A DNA stretch of 63,052 nucleotides, the filler included, from Folioceros fuciformis (lineage: Eukaryota): assembly GCA_049999805.1 (NCBI GenBank). It is 25 parts of 25 records of this genome, joined end to end, with 100 filler letters (N's around TTAATTAATTAA, not from the genome) between each part and the next. Parts side by side here need not be neighbours in the genome. Positions count along the whole stretch, not along the records: positions 47,269 to 55,001 come from JBNGIO010000343.1; positions 55,102 to 57,276 come from JBNGIO010000344.1; positions 57,377 to 58,597 come from JBNGIO010000345.1; positions 58,698 to 60,540 come from JBNGIO010000346.1; 21 more parts are not named here. The stretch is one strand, 5' to 3'. The position numbers were made by a program, and so were the translations under genes. Below are positions 47,506-60,640 of the stretch, one piece after another. The notes below the pieces were generated by a model. The model was not told where the DNA came from and searched no databases. It saw nothing but the letters and a program-made list of their open reading frames with translations. The stretch's first letter is position 1, and each line of letters opens with the position of its first letter.

Positions 47506-49270
47506 TCAGATCATGTTCCCACAGTCAGATGGTGAATTGAACACAACCCTAAATTCTCAGCCTTCTAATGAATCAGCTGTCCTTGATGCTGCTGAACAGC
47601 CTCCTATATCTCAGCATACAGATACAGAGGAAGTTAGTGATCAAGCAACTGATGTACCTGAGTGTTTGACCATTTGGCATCTGATGATAATTAATCTTAG
47701 GCTTCCCATATTTCTTCTGATGAGGAATTTGCTGGCCATGGTGATTCTTTTGCTCAAATTGGTCCTACAGAGGATCCTCTTACTATTGTTGAGTCAGTTC
47801 CTCGTTACTCTATGCGGGAATGTTGTTCACGGGATCAGTGGCTTGAGCAACCATATCACTTCATTGACTTTAGAAAACCATCAGCACATACAGGAGCTGT
47901 CTCTATACTTGAAGTAAGACCAGATCCTTAGTCTTATAGGGAAGCCTTGGATGGACCTGATGGTGAACACTGACGAATCTTTATAGTCGATGAATATAAT
48001 TCTTTGATAAAAAAATAACACTTAGAAGCTTGCATACTTGCCACCTAGAAGAAAGCCAATCACATGTAAGTGGGTTTTTAAAACAAAGCTCAAGGCTAAT
48101 GGAACCATAGCTAGGTATAAATCTAGGTTGGTTGCTCGTGGCTTTAGTCAAATTCCAGGAATTGATTATGGAGATACCTTCAATCCTGTGGTGAAGCTGC
48201 CATCTGTTCGTATTCTGCTGGCTATGGTAGCAGAATTCAATCTGGAGCTTCACCAAATGGATGTATGCATCGCGTTTCTTCATGGCGAGTTGGTGGAAGT
48301 CCTGTACATGATACAACCTGAAGGTTTTGTGAGTAAAGAGCATCCTAATAAGGTATGTAAGCTACTCAAGATAATCTATGGTTTAAAACAGAGTCCTAGG
48401 GCTTGGTTCAGATAGATCATGAAGTTCTTAAAAAATTATGGTTTCTACCAATCTCTAGCGGACTCAAATGTACTTTAACTTTCATAGGGTGACCTGTTTG
48501 TGATCCTAGCTTTATATGTTGATGATGCAATCCTCTTGACTAACAGCCCTCATCAGCTTGATAAAGTGAAAGCTCTCCTTCGATTAGAGTTTGAGATCAT
48601 CAATCAAGGCCCTCTCTCCAGTTCTGTTTAGGAGTTCAAATTTTGAGAGACAGGTAGCATGGAACTATTGTGCTCCATCAAACTAAGTACTTCAAGGAAA
48701 TAATTATTAGGTTTCATCTTGAATCTGCTCGTTCGGCTGCCACTCCATTTGCAGTGGGAGAAAAGCTTACCATGGAGCAGTCTCCTCAATCCTTAGCTAA
48801 TAAGGAAGACATGGCCATGGTCCCCTAAGCAGAGGCTATTGGCTGCCTCATTTTTTGTGCAAACTGGACTAGGCCAAACATTTCATACGCTATCGGTATG
48901 GTTTCTCAGTTTCTAAAAACTCTTGGCAGGGCTCACTGGAACGCTGTGAAAAGAATATACAGGTACCTTAAAGGCACATTGGCCTATGGTCTCCATTACA
49001 CATCAAGTGGGAGGAACGAGTTTTCACTCACAACTTTTGCAAACTCAGATTGAGCAGCTAATTTTGATTCTAGACGAAGGTTGTCAGCTTATGTGTGTAT
49101 TCTGGCTTCTGGGTCTCTCAATTGGTCCTACAAAAAACAAGCATCATTGGCTCTGTCCTCAATTGAGGCAGAGTACAAAGCCTTGACTGATGCATGTAAG
49201 GAAGTGGAGTGGGAGCGGCAATACCTGGATACCATTACGTTGTGACAGCATGATGCCACTTCACTTTTTT
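47506..49270 (+). mobile_element. Ty1/copia RT-RNase H, heavily degenerate
   Basis: YKSRLVARGFSQIPGIDY, QMDV, YGLKQSPRAW, LYVDD, SSIEAEY. Confidence 0.9.
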
Positions 49271-49271
49271 G

Positions 49272-50445
49272 TGTTGCTCGATGTGCTGCATACACAGGGA
49301 ATGCTTCTTCTTCTTCAAAATCCTTATCGTCTCCCCTCCTTGAGGTCAAAGCCGCTAAGCTTTGCTGCAAGTTCCCTTTAGGCACTACTTTTGCCTTCCC
49401 TTTGCCCGTATCCAGCCTCAACAATCCGGATGCACCCGCTCCACTAGCATTGTTGCTAGGTTGGCCTATTGCTGGTTTTAACTCTAGATGTAGTTGCTAG
49501 CACACAGCTTCTGTATGGCCTACTCGATTGCACCTGCTGCACTTCACGAGCTCTATCCCCCCCAAATGAGTAAGAGCATTCCTTAGCTTTGTGTGTTAGG
49601 CTCCCACACCTGAAACACCTGTCCTCCATTGTGTTCATAGCCTCGTTAGCCTGCCTTAGCCTACCATAAACTCTTGTCGCTCCATATTTGAATTGCTGCC
49701 TTGCTCCCCCTCCAAGTCTTGGTTGGTTGTTGCTTGGCCTTTGCATTTGCTCCGCAAAAGCTCTACTGTATGCTTCCGCCGGATCCATCTTCTCAGCAAT
49801 TGCGTAAGCATCCTTCAATGTGTATTGCTGCCCAAATGTTCCCCATAGTTATGTGGTCACTTTGTCCCGTAGCTTCCCTTGAATGTTGTTCAAGTACACT
49901 TCCACAACTTGCTTCCCACTGAGGATTTTGGTGTCTTCCACCAACCTTTCTAGCCTCCTATATATCATCTTCAAAGTCTCTCCTTGCTTTCGCACAAAAT
50001 GCGTTAGCTCATATACCTTTTCTAACGATGTCCTTGGAAACTCTTCTCTCAAGATGTCCATCATCTCCTTGACTGGATCCTTATGATTGTATTGCTTCAT
50101 TGTTGTCGACGTTCCACTCTTAGTCACCATAGTGAAACTTGTGAGCTCCGCCTTATGCTTCCTATAAGTAGCCAACGCCTCACCTCCAAGATACCTAGCC
50201 ATTTGAGTAAACCCAAAATGCAAAGTGTACCTTGTTGGGTTTTTGAGCTCCAATTCTCCCAATATGGCCTCAATCTTGTCCTCAAACTCCTCAAACATCA
50301 GGCTTCTGGGTCTTCCCGTGAACACCTCATACTTACCTCCTTGCTCCAAACTCTCCATGGTTGCCTTTGTGATTGTCTGTTCAACCTCTTCGTCTTCTTG
50401 TCGTTGACACGTGCCTTTTGAATACTTGAACTGTGGGCTGTTCAC
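49272..50445 (-). mobile_element. Ty3/gypsy-type gag with CCHC knuckle, one in-frame stop, pol missing
   Basis: YL.GEA...LREEF...KQGETLKMIYRRL; CFRCGSLTHKAKEC. Confidence 0.75.
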
Positions 50446-50746
50446 CGGTGAGAAGTATTCCGACTCTAATTCGTACTCGTGATCACTTTTGCCACCATCA
50501 ACACTAGATATTCACATGACTTAACCAGCCTAGTTGTGTCATAGCGTATTAATCCTCAAATTCTCTCTAGACTCTTTTTTTTTAATAACCTGTTAATACA
50601 AAACCCGGGTAAGCTATCTATCGGTTAAGTTCCCTGTTAGGTAGACTCCCCACTGGGTAGGCTACACAATGGGTAAGCTTCCCATTGAGTAGACTACCCA
50701 CCGGGTTAGCTCCCCTCAGGTAGGGTCCCCTACCCGTGTGGCCGAG

Positions 50747-50896
50747 CTTGTGCCCCGCACCTCGCCCTGCCCTTGTGCCCCGCACCTCGCCCTACGCTTG
50801 TGCCTCACACCTCACCCTACCCTTGTGCCCCGCACCTCGCCCTGCCCTTGTGCCCCGAACCTCGCCCTGCCCTTGTGCCCCGAGCCTCGCCCTGCC
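50747..50896. repeat. 25-bp tandem repeat x6 in the gypsy 5' leader
   Basis: CTTGTGCCCCGCACCTCGCCCTGCC at 25-bp spacing. Confidence 0.92.
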
Positions 50897-51299
50897 CTTG
50901 TGGGTTGGCACCCCGCCCTCACGGCCAGGCTATGGGTGGGTGTGCCCCGATCTGTCCTCGTTGTCAGCTAGTAGATTGATCTGCTAACGGCCTGCCTCTA
51001 ATTCCTCATGTCCTTCAACACTACAAATCCCTTCTCCTTGCAAAATCTTAGCTCTAGCACTTCAGATCTTCAACAACTTATGTCTTACAACAAGCTTGTA
51101 GAGTTGACACTTCCAAGCTTAATCTAGCCTTTGAGCAACTCGAATTCTCTCAATGAGCATGCTTAGGAGCTGTAAGCTTGTAAGAGTTGAAGCATTTGCT
51201 TTCTTTAGATACCACAAAATCTCCTCCAGCTGCATCCACACTTCTCAGAGCTGTAACTTGGCTTCTCAAATCCTCGATCGGGTCACATGATCTTGCACA

Positions 51300-51629
51300 C
51301 TGCGCACACACACACCTCAACTAGATTCCAACAAGAGAATGCATTTCCAAGAGAATGCTTCCTCAAGAGAAAGTCTATTCCCAGAAAGCAAGAGAATACA
51401 AGCTTACAACTGCAGCGGACACCGCTAAGCTAGGCTTTTATGCTTGCTACCTGAGACCTGTTGCAGCCACATCCACACATCTAGTTGTGTGTCTATCTAG
51501 TTGACTTTATATTATATTATATTTTCTAATCATCTTCACTAAGTAGTTATTAATTATCACTAATGCCATTTATTAATATCATTTAATTAATAACTAATTA
51601 CTATTTGCATGCATCTAAGCATCAGCACA
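51300..51629 (-). mobile_element. Putative 5' LTR of the gypsy gag element (starts TGTGCTGATG; inner boundary uncertain)
   Basis: Abruptly interrupts copia RT at 51630; AT-rich then GA-rich on the minus strand. Confidence 0.5.
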
Positions 51630-54600
51630 CAATCATGCTTGACAGCAACCAGGGCAAGAATAATCCGAATGGACTGAGCTCTGACCATAAGGGAGAAGGT
51701 TTTATGGTAATCCAGGCCTTCAACATGTGGCAAGCTCCTGGCAACCAGGCGAGCTTTGAAGCGAGCAACCTAACCTTGGGCGTTGAGCTTCAACTTAAAT
51801 GTCCATTTGTAGGTTATAGCCTTTCTTCCAAGAGGTGGGTCGACGAGGACCCAGGTCTCGATTTTTACAAGGCTATGGTACTCATCCTCCACCGCGAGCT
51901 GCCACTTGGAAGCTTTAGGGCCAGTGAGAGCTTGAGTCAATGTAGTAGGTTCCTTCGGCAAGGCAGGTAGGGCAGCAGAAGCAGCCACAACAAGAGAGGA
52001 AGAAGGGGGAAGTTGATGGAATAGTATCGGGGCTCCCGCCATTCGAATGGAGGAGGCTGCTATCGGGTGCTGCGGCAAAGAGGCAAGAGAGCGGCAAGGA
52101 GATCATCGGCTGCCAGGACGTCGGGAAGGACGGGGTGTTCGCAGCGTGAGCACTGAGATCTACAGGTGGGGGAGGCTTAGCATCAAGGGCAGCCGGCACA
52201 ACTGGTGGAGAAGGTGGCTTGATCAGATTAGGGGGAGCAGCAGCAGTTGGAGGCGGGATGCCATCATTGGGGTGAGACGCTGGTGGGGTTGGCGAGTCAG
52301 GATCCCCTCGAGCTGGAGTCTCAGAATTGTCGGAGGAGGAATCATCCGAGAGAATAGCGTCACCGTCATCTGAAGGGAACTCAAAAAAACGAATCAGTAG
52401 GAGTCGTGGAAGGAACCACAAGAGCTAAGGTAGGGGCGCCCAAGTCAGATGGCGGGGGAGGCGCGGCTAACTCCAAGAAGGTGACACTCCTAGCAAGGGT
52501 GATGGAGCAAGTCTGCGGGTTAGAAAGCTTGTATGCCTTCACCTGCTCACTATACCCCACGAAGATCAATTTCTCAGCTATTTTCTCTATTTTCCAGCTT
52601 ACGCTCCTTTTTGGAGGGAATGTAGGCGAAGGTGGGAGAGCCGAACACTCTGAGGTGAAGAATACTGGGCTTCTTGCCCAAGAAGACCTCGTATGGCGTC
52701 TTGCCAGGAACTGAGCTAGTTAGAACTCGGTTCAAGATGAAAGTAGTGGAGACGATTGCCTTTGCCCAATAGTTGGAAGGGAGACTGGACCAGAGGAGCA
52801 TGCTTTGAGTCATTCAGAGGAGAGCCTAATTCTTTCTCTTTGCAATCCCATACTGCTGCTGTGTGTAAGGCACAATGAGTTGGCATTCAATCCCTTTGCT
52901 ATGGAGAAAAGTATTGAAGGTGTCGTTGACAAACTTTGTGCCGTTGTTTGTTCGCAGAATTTTGAGGGTGTCACCCGATTGCCTCTCAGCGGTGATCAAC
53001 CAGTCAGTGAAGGTGTGGAAGGTGTCGCTCTTGAGGTGCATAGGGTACGTCCAAGTGTATCTGCTAAAGTCGTCGGTGAGGGACAAGTAATATTGAGCCC
53101 CCCCCAAAGATTGTTCATGGATTTTCTTGGAGATATCTGCATGCACCAGCGCTAGAATGATGTCCACCTTGTGTGCATGTGTAGGGAAGGGGAGCTCCCA
53201 TTGCTTAGCCAGCACACATGATTCACAGGTAGGGAGGCTCCGAAAACATCTTGGTAGATGTTCCTAGTAGCAGTCCTAAACATACATGGCTATCAATTTA
53301 TTTTTTATTCACATGAACTAACCGCGCATGCCTCAGGGAGGCTAAGGACTGAGCTTGGGAGGAGTGCTGCTGGCTAGGAAGACGGGAGGGTCAAGTCCCT
53401 AGCCAAAGGTCAACCTGTACAAGTCGTCCTGTGGAATCCCCTTAAAAGCACATAAGTCAAGGTTAGATTGTTGGAAGAATTAGCACTCACCATTCGAGGC
53501 TCTCATCTCGAAGGTACCTTGCCTCAAAAGGTTACTTATAGAGAGCAAGTTTTTCCCCATTCGAGGGACATACAACACTTGGTCTAAGATTAGCATGGTG
53601 CCATCTTGTAGAACGAACTTGCAAACCCCCTGGCCATGGATGGTAAGGCTGGTTTGATTCTGCTCGTCACCAAGCAATACTCGCTCCTTAATCGGTTGTG
53701 TGTCCAATTGGGAAAAATGGGAACTATTGTTGCAGATGTGGGTGGTGGCCCCACTATCAAGATACCAGCCCTTATCCTTGGAGGCTTGGCTAGTGAGACA
53801 TAGAGTAAGAATTTTAATGGTCTTGGTGCTCTCGGGCTTACCCTTTCCAGTTGTGGAAGCTGCCGCAGCTTGCCGAAGGGCTGCCTTTTGGGGCTCTCCT
53901 GCCTTCTTTTTACGGCACTTACAAGACCAGTGGCCGGGAACACCACACCAATTACAGTTCCCTGGATGTCGAGGTGGAGCAGAGGATGCTTCGCCTTTAA
54001 GGGTACTAGGTGGACAATTCTTACTCCCTGGTTGACTGGGCTTAAGCTTGAATGCCAAGGCCTTGTTGGTTCTTGTTTTTGAGCTTCCTGCCATATTCAG
54101 GTGGCTTTGCTCTTGTTGGTAGAGGGCCCCTATGATTTCCTCCACTGTAAGTGAGGAACTGAGCTAACTCTGACCTTGTCTACTCGAGACTAACATAAGA
54201 CTAGTCATGAAGTTGTTGTAGGATGGAGGTAGGCTCATGAGGAGCTGGGTTGCTGCATCAGCCTCTGACATAGACCCCAAAGAAGCCAACAAGCCACGGA
54301 GGTGGCGAAACTTCGAGGTATGGGCCGCTATGGTGTCTCCCTCCTTCATTTTGAGCACATTAAATTCCTGCCGGGCATTGTATGATGTGAGGATGTTATT
54401 CACATTGTAGGTGTTGAAGAGTTGTTCCCAAATTGTTGAGGCATCTGAGAGGAACTCCATGCTGGGTACCAGGCTAGAGTCCAAGGCACTGATGAGTAGC
54501 GCCACGGCAATATTGTTAAGGTAATTCCATTTCTTGATGTTTATGGCACATGGAGCAGGTGTGGCATTGGGATCAGGCTTCGGGAGTGTCTCGTCTACAA

Positions 54601-54724
54601 TCCTCCAAATGCCTCTTCCAACTAGAATTGTCTTCATACGAACTCGCCATACTGAGTATTGGGTTCCATTGAACTTGTCTTTCTCTTTTACGTGATCAGT
54701 GAAGATCGGGCTTACAGGGCCCAA
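51630..54724 (-). mobile_element. Ty1/copia gag-protease-integrase-RT start, degenerate
   Basis: KEKDKFNG, CNWCGVPGHW, WYLDSGAT, TDDFSRY, EPTTLTQAL, KWTFKLK. Confidence 0.92.
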
Positions 54725-54900
54725 CGAACATGAGATTTTAGGGTTTAGGGTTAAGGGCTTGGGCTTCCCTATAGGTGCTGCTAGCTATGGCTAACAAGCT
54801 ATTGAGAGACAAAGAGCCAAATTGATTTATTAGCTGGTCGAGTAGTGAGTTAGACATGCAGCATCATTCTTCCTTGATTGCTATCTGGGGTGAGCGCTAA

Positions 54901-55001
54901 GAGGGCCGTTTGGTGCTCCTTCCACCCACACCGCCCAAGGTGGTTAGTACGAGGGCCGTTTGGTGCTCCTTCCACCCACACCGCCCAAGGTGGTTAGTAC
55001 G
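54901..55001. repeat. 50-bp perfect tandem repeat (2 copies) running into the contig break
   Basis: GAGGGCCGTTTGGTGCTCCTTCCACCCACACCGCCCAAGGTGGTTAGTAC twice. Confidence 0.9.
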
Positions 55002-55101
55002 NNNNNNNNNNNNNNNNNNNNNNNNNNNNNNNNNNNNNNNNNNNNTTAATTAATTAANNNNNNNNNNNNNNNNNNNNNNNNNNNNNNNNNNNNNNNNNNN
55101 N

Positions 55102-56169
55102 CGGAGCGAGAGGCCGAGGCTTGGGGAAAGGAGGAGAAGGCTCGTGAGCGAGAGGCTGAAGCAAGGAGGCAACTGGCGGAGTCGGAGACGGCGCTGCAAC
55201 TGCTGGAGGAGAGGCAGCGGGTCCTGGACAGGGAGAAGGCTCAAGCCGAGGAAGAGGCGTGCAAGGCAAGGGCTGAAGTGCAGGCATTGAAAGAGCAACA
55301 GGGGACCCTACTAGCTCAGGTGAGGAAGGCTCACGAGACTAACCTGGAGATGCAACAGGAAATCGGCGACCCCGGTAGCAGAAGGGGCTACCGGTAGCCG
55401 AACCAGGGGAACGGTAGTCGAGGGGACTACCGGTAGTGTGGTAGTCCACGGGACTATCGGTAGTCGGGTAGCCGACGGGGCTACCGGTGGCCCACCAAGG
55501 CCCAGGATAGCTGAAGAACCAACCCTGGAAACGAAGGAGGAACCAATAGGGGCGCCTGCCCCTAGGCGCTCCAGGAGGGTGACCCGTACCAGGAGGATAG
55601 AGCCGGAGGAGGCAATAGCTGGGCAGGCAGACAACCTTCAGGTACCCCAGCAGGAGGGGGAGCAGGCAACCCGAGGTAGCCCAAGGGAGGACGGGGTAAG
55701 CACCTCTGTTATGACAGAAGGTCAAATTGTGCTGCAGTATGAGGAGGAGGCCTCCTATGTGCCAAGCCTGTATGTAGAAGGGGCCAGAAATCTGAAGCTG
55801 TTTCTGTATGTACGTATGGGCACAGGAGGGACGCAGGGCTATGTCCTACAGTTGAGGACGCGCCTGGGACTCTACCACTACAGCTGGTGGGTGACAGGAC
55901 TGCCCCACTGCTATGCGGAGGCAGTTCTGGAGGAACTAACGGAAGAGGAGGCCCAGCGCTGGGTAGAACAGGGGCCTACGGTTGTCCTCAGCAACCAGAG
56001 AAGGAGGAGGAGTGGTGGACCACAGCGGCGGGACCCACCTGCGCCGCCAGCCAGGTCCAGCAGCAGCAGCAGTGATGTGGAGATCCTTTGGGAGGATCTG
56101 CCGGACCAACGAAGGGGTAGAAGAGCGAGAGGAGGAGTAGCAAGGGGTGACACGCGAAGGCTAGGATGA
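55102..56169 (+). pseudogene. Second copy of the coiled-coil unknown ORF, with an internal deletion
   Basis: High identity to 28970-30140; lacks about 29231-29361; one extra 27-bp unit. Confidence 0.6.
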
Positions 56170-57227
56170 AGCCGCCAGCGGCGTAGGAAAGGGCGATAGT
56201 AAATGCAGGCTAGAATAGGATTTTTCTTAGCGTGCTTTATTGGGACCTAAGTCGCTCAGAATTTAAGAGCGCAGCTCCCCTGCCTAATAGACTATATGTC
56301 GGAAAAAACCGCCATCACCGTGTACAAGAGGCCGGTTTGAAGGCCTAAGAAATGAGCAAGAACCAGCCGAACAGTCGACCTTGCAGGGACCTAGCGATGG
56401 CTATTGCTGGACAGGAGGTCTAGGCAAGCGAGCGCACGTAGCAACCTGGGGTGCGGGTGTAGGTGGTGGGCGCTCCGTGATCAGGTTCAGGGACGAATCG
56501 GGAGGAGGAGCCTCGCCGAGTGGGAGAGGAGCTCCCCAGCAATCCTTGAAGTGGTCACGTGGGGTGGTGCGGGTGTCGGAGCCGAATCCGTGAGTGTGGA
56601 GTGGAAGGGACTCCTCTTCCCTTAGCTCCGGTACCTCACCATTCCTCAACGTTAATAGGAGCCCAGCAGGGGCATCGCTGAGAAAGAAGACTGAAGAACC
56701 GGAGAAAGAAGAGCGCGGGAGTGCGCGTGTGTGAGAGGGAGGAGGAGCGAGTGGCCGAGTAGTGGATAAGAGCGAATGTGAAAAGGAAGCGAGAAGGAGT
56801 GGAGCAGGAAGTGAAGCGGAGTGGAAGTGATTCGACGTATGTTAAGACGGGCAGAATGTATACAGAGAACTGGTGAGAGGGGTAAGAGAGAACAAAGCCG
56901 GGGAAGCCCCGGAGGCGAGGTGGGTAATGTGTGTGGGGTGCAATGAGATGTGGTGTGTATGTGTGACTGGCCGCGATGAGACTGGAGAGGCTATGAAGAA
57001 GCTGAATTGAGACCGCAGGGAGTGTATCTAAGGTGTGAGATCACGCGGGCGGAAGGCGTCCAACAGATTGCTGCTGTTCAGGTGTGCGCGCGCTTGTTTC
57101 TGAGGTGAGTGAGGCGGTTTTGTGGTGAACCAAGGAAGGGAAGCGCAAAAGGGGATGCATGGGCAGGAGGTAATCAGTCGGGTAGGAACGACCCGGTGGA
57201 AGAGAAAATCCTAGAGCGGGGGAGCTA

Positions 57228-57259
<32 letters not shown>

Positions 57260-57376
57260 ACCCACGAGCGGTAGACNNNNNNNNNNNNNNNNNNNNNNNN
57301 NNNNNNNNNNNNNNNNNNNNTTAATTAATTAANNNNNNNNNNNNNNNNNNNNNNNNNNNNNNNNNNNNNNNNNNNN

Positions 57377-58501
57377 ACTCATACTCCTCCCCTAGAGGCT
57401 GGCTCAGCCACCAAGGGTGAACAGTTGTAAAGGAAGACTTAGCGGGCGGCCATCCAGCAAGGAAGAGGCGGCGTCCACAGATCTTTGAAGATTAGACATC
57501 CTCCGAAGTCTCAGGATAGTCTAAGAGGTGGTAGATCCTTGTGGTGGTAGGCCCAGCTCATTGGTGGCAGGATGTGCTAGAAGTCTAAATAAGTGGCTGG
57601 TGACAACTGGCTAGGCTAGTAGTTCGATTAAAATAATATTTGTCAAGTTAGAGAGAGGTGAAGTCAGAGAGAGAGAGGCTCCTATAAGATTAGGTGAGCC
57701 TGTAGGAGGAGGTAGTCATTCATTTTGGGAGTCAGTCTGTCACTTCGTGAACTCTTGGAGGTACTCTCTTCATGAGCTCTTGTGGTCTATCCCTACTTGG
57801 TTTAGGACCTACAGTGTGTTGCCGGCTGTGCAACATTTGGTAGGATCGCAAGCTGCGTGTTGCCAGTTGTACAGTGTCTGGTAGGATCACAAGGTGTAAT
57901 AACCAGGGTGAAGGGGCTTGCCCTTAGTTCTTGATTGTAAAGGATGTGTCTTTCTCTCAACCTATCCACTCTTGTTCCCTGTTTGGACAAGTGCTGTAGG
58001 CTGGCCATGTTTCATGGCGTCTGGTAAGGTTGTGGGGAGGAGATATTCGAGAGGGGAGTGTGTTCCCTTCTTTCTTTTCTTTGGGGTTAGTCTAGTGACT
58101 CTTGCCGGGTAGGAGGAGTTAAGTAGGGAAGTGTAGAAGGTAGTGGTGTTGTTGTTAGTTGCTGGTGTTGGTACTGGAGTGAGAGAGCCAGTGAAGTGAG
58201 TGAGGAAAGTCGCAAATCTGAGAGGTTAGGGTCGTTGTAGTGACTGGAGTGAGTTTGTGGGCACCGAGAGAGGTGCCGCTGACCGCTGGACAGTGAGGCA
58301 TGTCCTACGCCTGATCGGAGCTAGAGGGGAGCCCTCGAATCCATCATCGAGTCAATTGAGTCCGATCCTCCTTCCACAGCAGCAAGGAACCCTTTCACTC
58401 CTTCGTGGGAACTGAACCCAATGTCTCAACGACAATGGGATAAGTGTGGCCACTAAAGGTGGAACCTGTCGGCAATTAGTGCCCGGGGTTTTGCCTCCAC
58501 A
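57377..58501 (+). repeat. LTR family D 3' portion
   Basis: Ends ...TTTTGCCTCCACA. Confidence 0.82.
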
Positions 58502-58697
58502 TGAACTCCCTAGCAGATTCCCTGACAACACATTTGCATTAGCATGTTTAACTCCTGCTCTATGTTCTATAGAAAAATTATACTCCTGTAAAATGAGNNN
58601 NNNNNNNNNNNNNNNNNNNNNNNNNNNNNNNNNNNNNNNNNTTAATTAATTAANNNNNNNNNNNNNNNNNNNNNNNNNNNNNNNNNNNNNNNNNNNN

Positions 58698-59006
58698 GTA
58701 GGGAAGTGTAGAAGGTAGTGGTGTCGTTGCTGGTTGCTGGTAGTTGCTGGTGTTGGTGCTGGAGTGAGAGAGTGAGTGAAGTGTGTGAGGGAAGTCGCAG
58801 ATCTGAAAGGTTAGAGTCGTTGTAGTGACTGGAGTGAGTTTGTGGGCACCGAGAGAGGTGCAGCTGACCGCCAGACAGCGAGGCCTGTCCTACGCCTGAT
58901 CGGAGCTGGAGGGGAGCCCTCGAATCCATCATCGAGTTGATCAAGTCCGACCCTCTATCCACAGCAGCAAGGAACCCCATCGCTCCTTCGTGGGAACGAA
59001 ACCCAA
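58698..59006 (+). repeat. LTR family D, interrupted about 75 bp before its end
   Basis: Matches 42844-43145 then diverges at TGTGACCC. Confidence 0.8.
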
Positions 59007-60237
59007 TGTGACCCACCATCCTTACCATTTCAGAGGAGAGAGGGGCCCTGGACGGGCGAGTTGAAGAAGAGTGCTGAGAGTCGTGGTTGGATTGAGAAAT
59101 GAGAGTGTGTGAGTAAGAGCGCTGATGAATGTGTGTTGGTGAAGAAAGAATGCGGTACTGAGTGACTGATGTTGTGAAGACCGTAAGTGGACGTGGGTCG
59201 CGAGAGTGGCGATGGTAGAAGGAAGAAGTTGTGTGACTGAATGCCTGTGGCGACTGTGTGTGAGGTTGGGGTGTGTAGGAAGCTAAGCTGAGGGGTGGTG
59301 GAGCCGAAATGGCGGGTGTGTGGTGTTGTGGCGAGGTGATTGTGGCTTACCAGAGAGTAATTGGAGTGACGAGTGTGGCGAAAGTTGGACGTGACTATGT
59401 TCGGAGACGGAATGCCGTAAGGGGAGAGATGATTGTATGTGAGGTGAGCCTGAAGAACAAGGACGTGTGAGTAGCTGTGAGAGTCTGGCCGGAGGTTGTG
59501 AGCAGGGTGTGACAGTGTATGAGAGTGCACTGACTGATGGAGAAGCCGTGTATGTGTGCACGTGTGTGGGGGCGCCGTTGTGTGCAATAAGCATAGCGGA
59601 TTTCTAGAGGAAACGAAAGGAGCTAGGGCCGGACGTAGGCCGAGCGTAAGTAACTGTAGGTGTGTATAAACCAAGCGTTCTCGAGTCCTGAGAAAAGCAG
59701 TGAGTAATCGTGAATGACAGTGAAGGTGTGAGCCGTGTGAGAGGAGTGATCGCGAAAGGGAGAGGGAGGACTGAAGCGGGTCAAAAGGCATAAGTCAAAA
59801 AAGTAAGTCCGCCGTGAATGAGAGAGAGAGAGAGTAGAGAGAGGGGGTGAAGAGAGAGAGAACAGACCCCACTAGGGTAGCCGGTTGGGCGACTATCGTG
59901 GAAGGGGCAACGGAAGTAGCCGAGTGTCGCAGTAATCGTAGGGACGACGAAGTAGTCAGGGACGTAGGTACGTACCTCGGTGACTGAGTAGGCCGTCGAG
60001 TAGCCCAGGGTTAAGGTAGTTGAGGGGGCGACGGTAGTAGTCGAGTCGTGATGAGGTTGAGGTAGCCGAATAGGTGGTAGGTGAGCAGAAGGCTGACCTA
60101 GGAAGTAATTGACTTTTAGAGGAAACCTGTGTTATTTGACACAAATCATTCCCTTGGGATCGAATCCTTGTGCTATAACGACAAAGAGGGTTTGCGTGGA
60201 CCTTGTAGCACTCCCGGGTGCAATATTTTCCCCCACA
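59007..60237 (+). mobile_element. LTR family F, possibly a whole LTR (TGTG...CACA)
   Basis: Termini and shared 3' motif with 43223-43537; no matching TSD. Confidence 0.5.
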
Positions 60238-60242
60238 GTAGG

Positions 60243-60540
60243 TGTGAACGAAAAAACTTTCGGAACCTCCATTTTGAGCGATGGAATGAGCAGGTTGTGA
60301 TTTTTTTTGTGAAGGGACAGGCGAATCGGCTTAGTAGGTAAATAAGACCAGGGTGTTTATGCCCAAAGTCCCTCTTGGGCTTCGAGGTTTGGGGTGTACT
60401 GGAGACCGGGACAAGGAGGGGGAATGAGCGAGTGCCTCCTTGCCCCTCAGGTCATTGAGAACATTAAGGACCAGGTCTGTAGGTAGGTGAGTGGGGTATG
60501 TCCTTGGCCTTTGGTGGTCCGGGGCCCCTTAGGTCTCTAT
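60243..60540 (+). repeat. LTR family C 5' portion
   Basis: Matches 17621 and 21440. Confidence 0.8.
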
Positions 60541-60640
60541 NNNNNNNNNNNNNNNNNNNNNNNNNNNNNNNNNNNNNNNNNNNNTTAATTAATTAANNNN
60601 NNNNNNNNNNNNNNNNNNNNNNNNNNNNNNNNNNNNNNNN

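Noticed and set aside
59030..59791. 253-aa His/Ser/Thr-rich ORF (likewise the upstream part of 44042-44743)
   Set aside because: Explained by GT/GA-biased LTR-like sequence that lacks stops on the opposite strand
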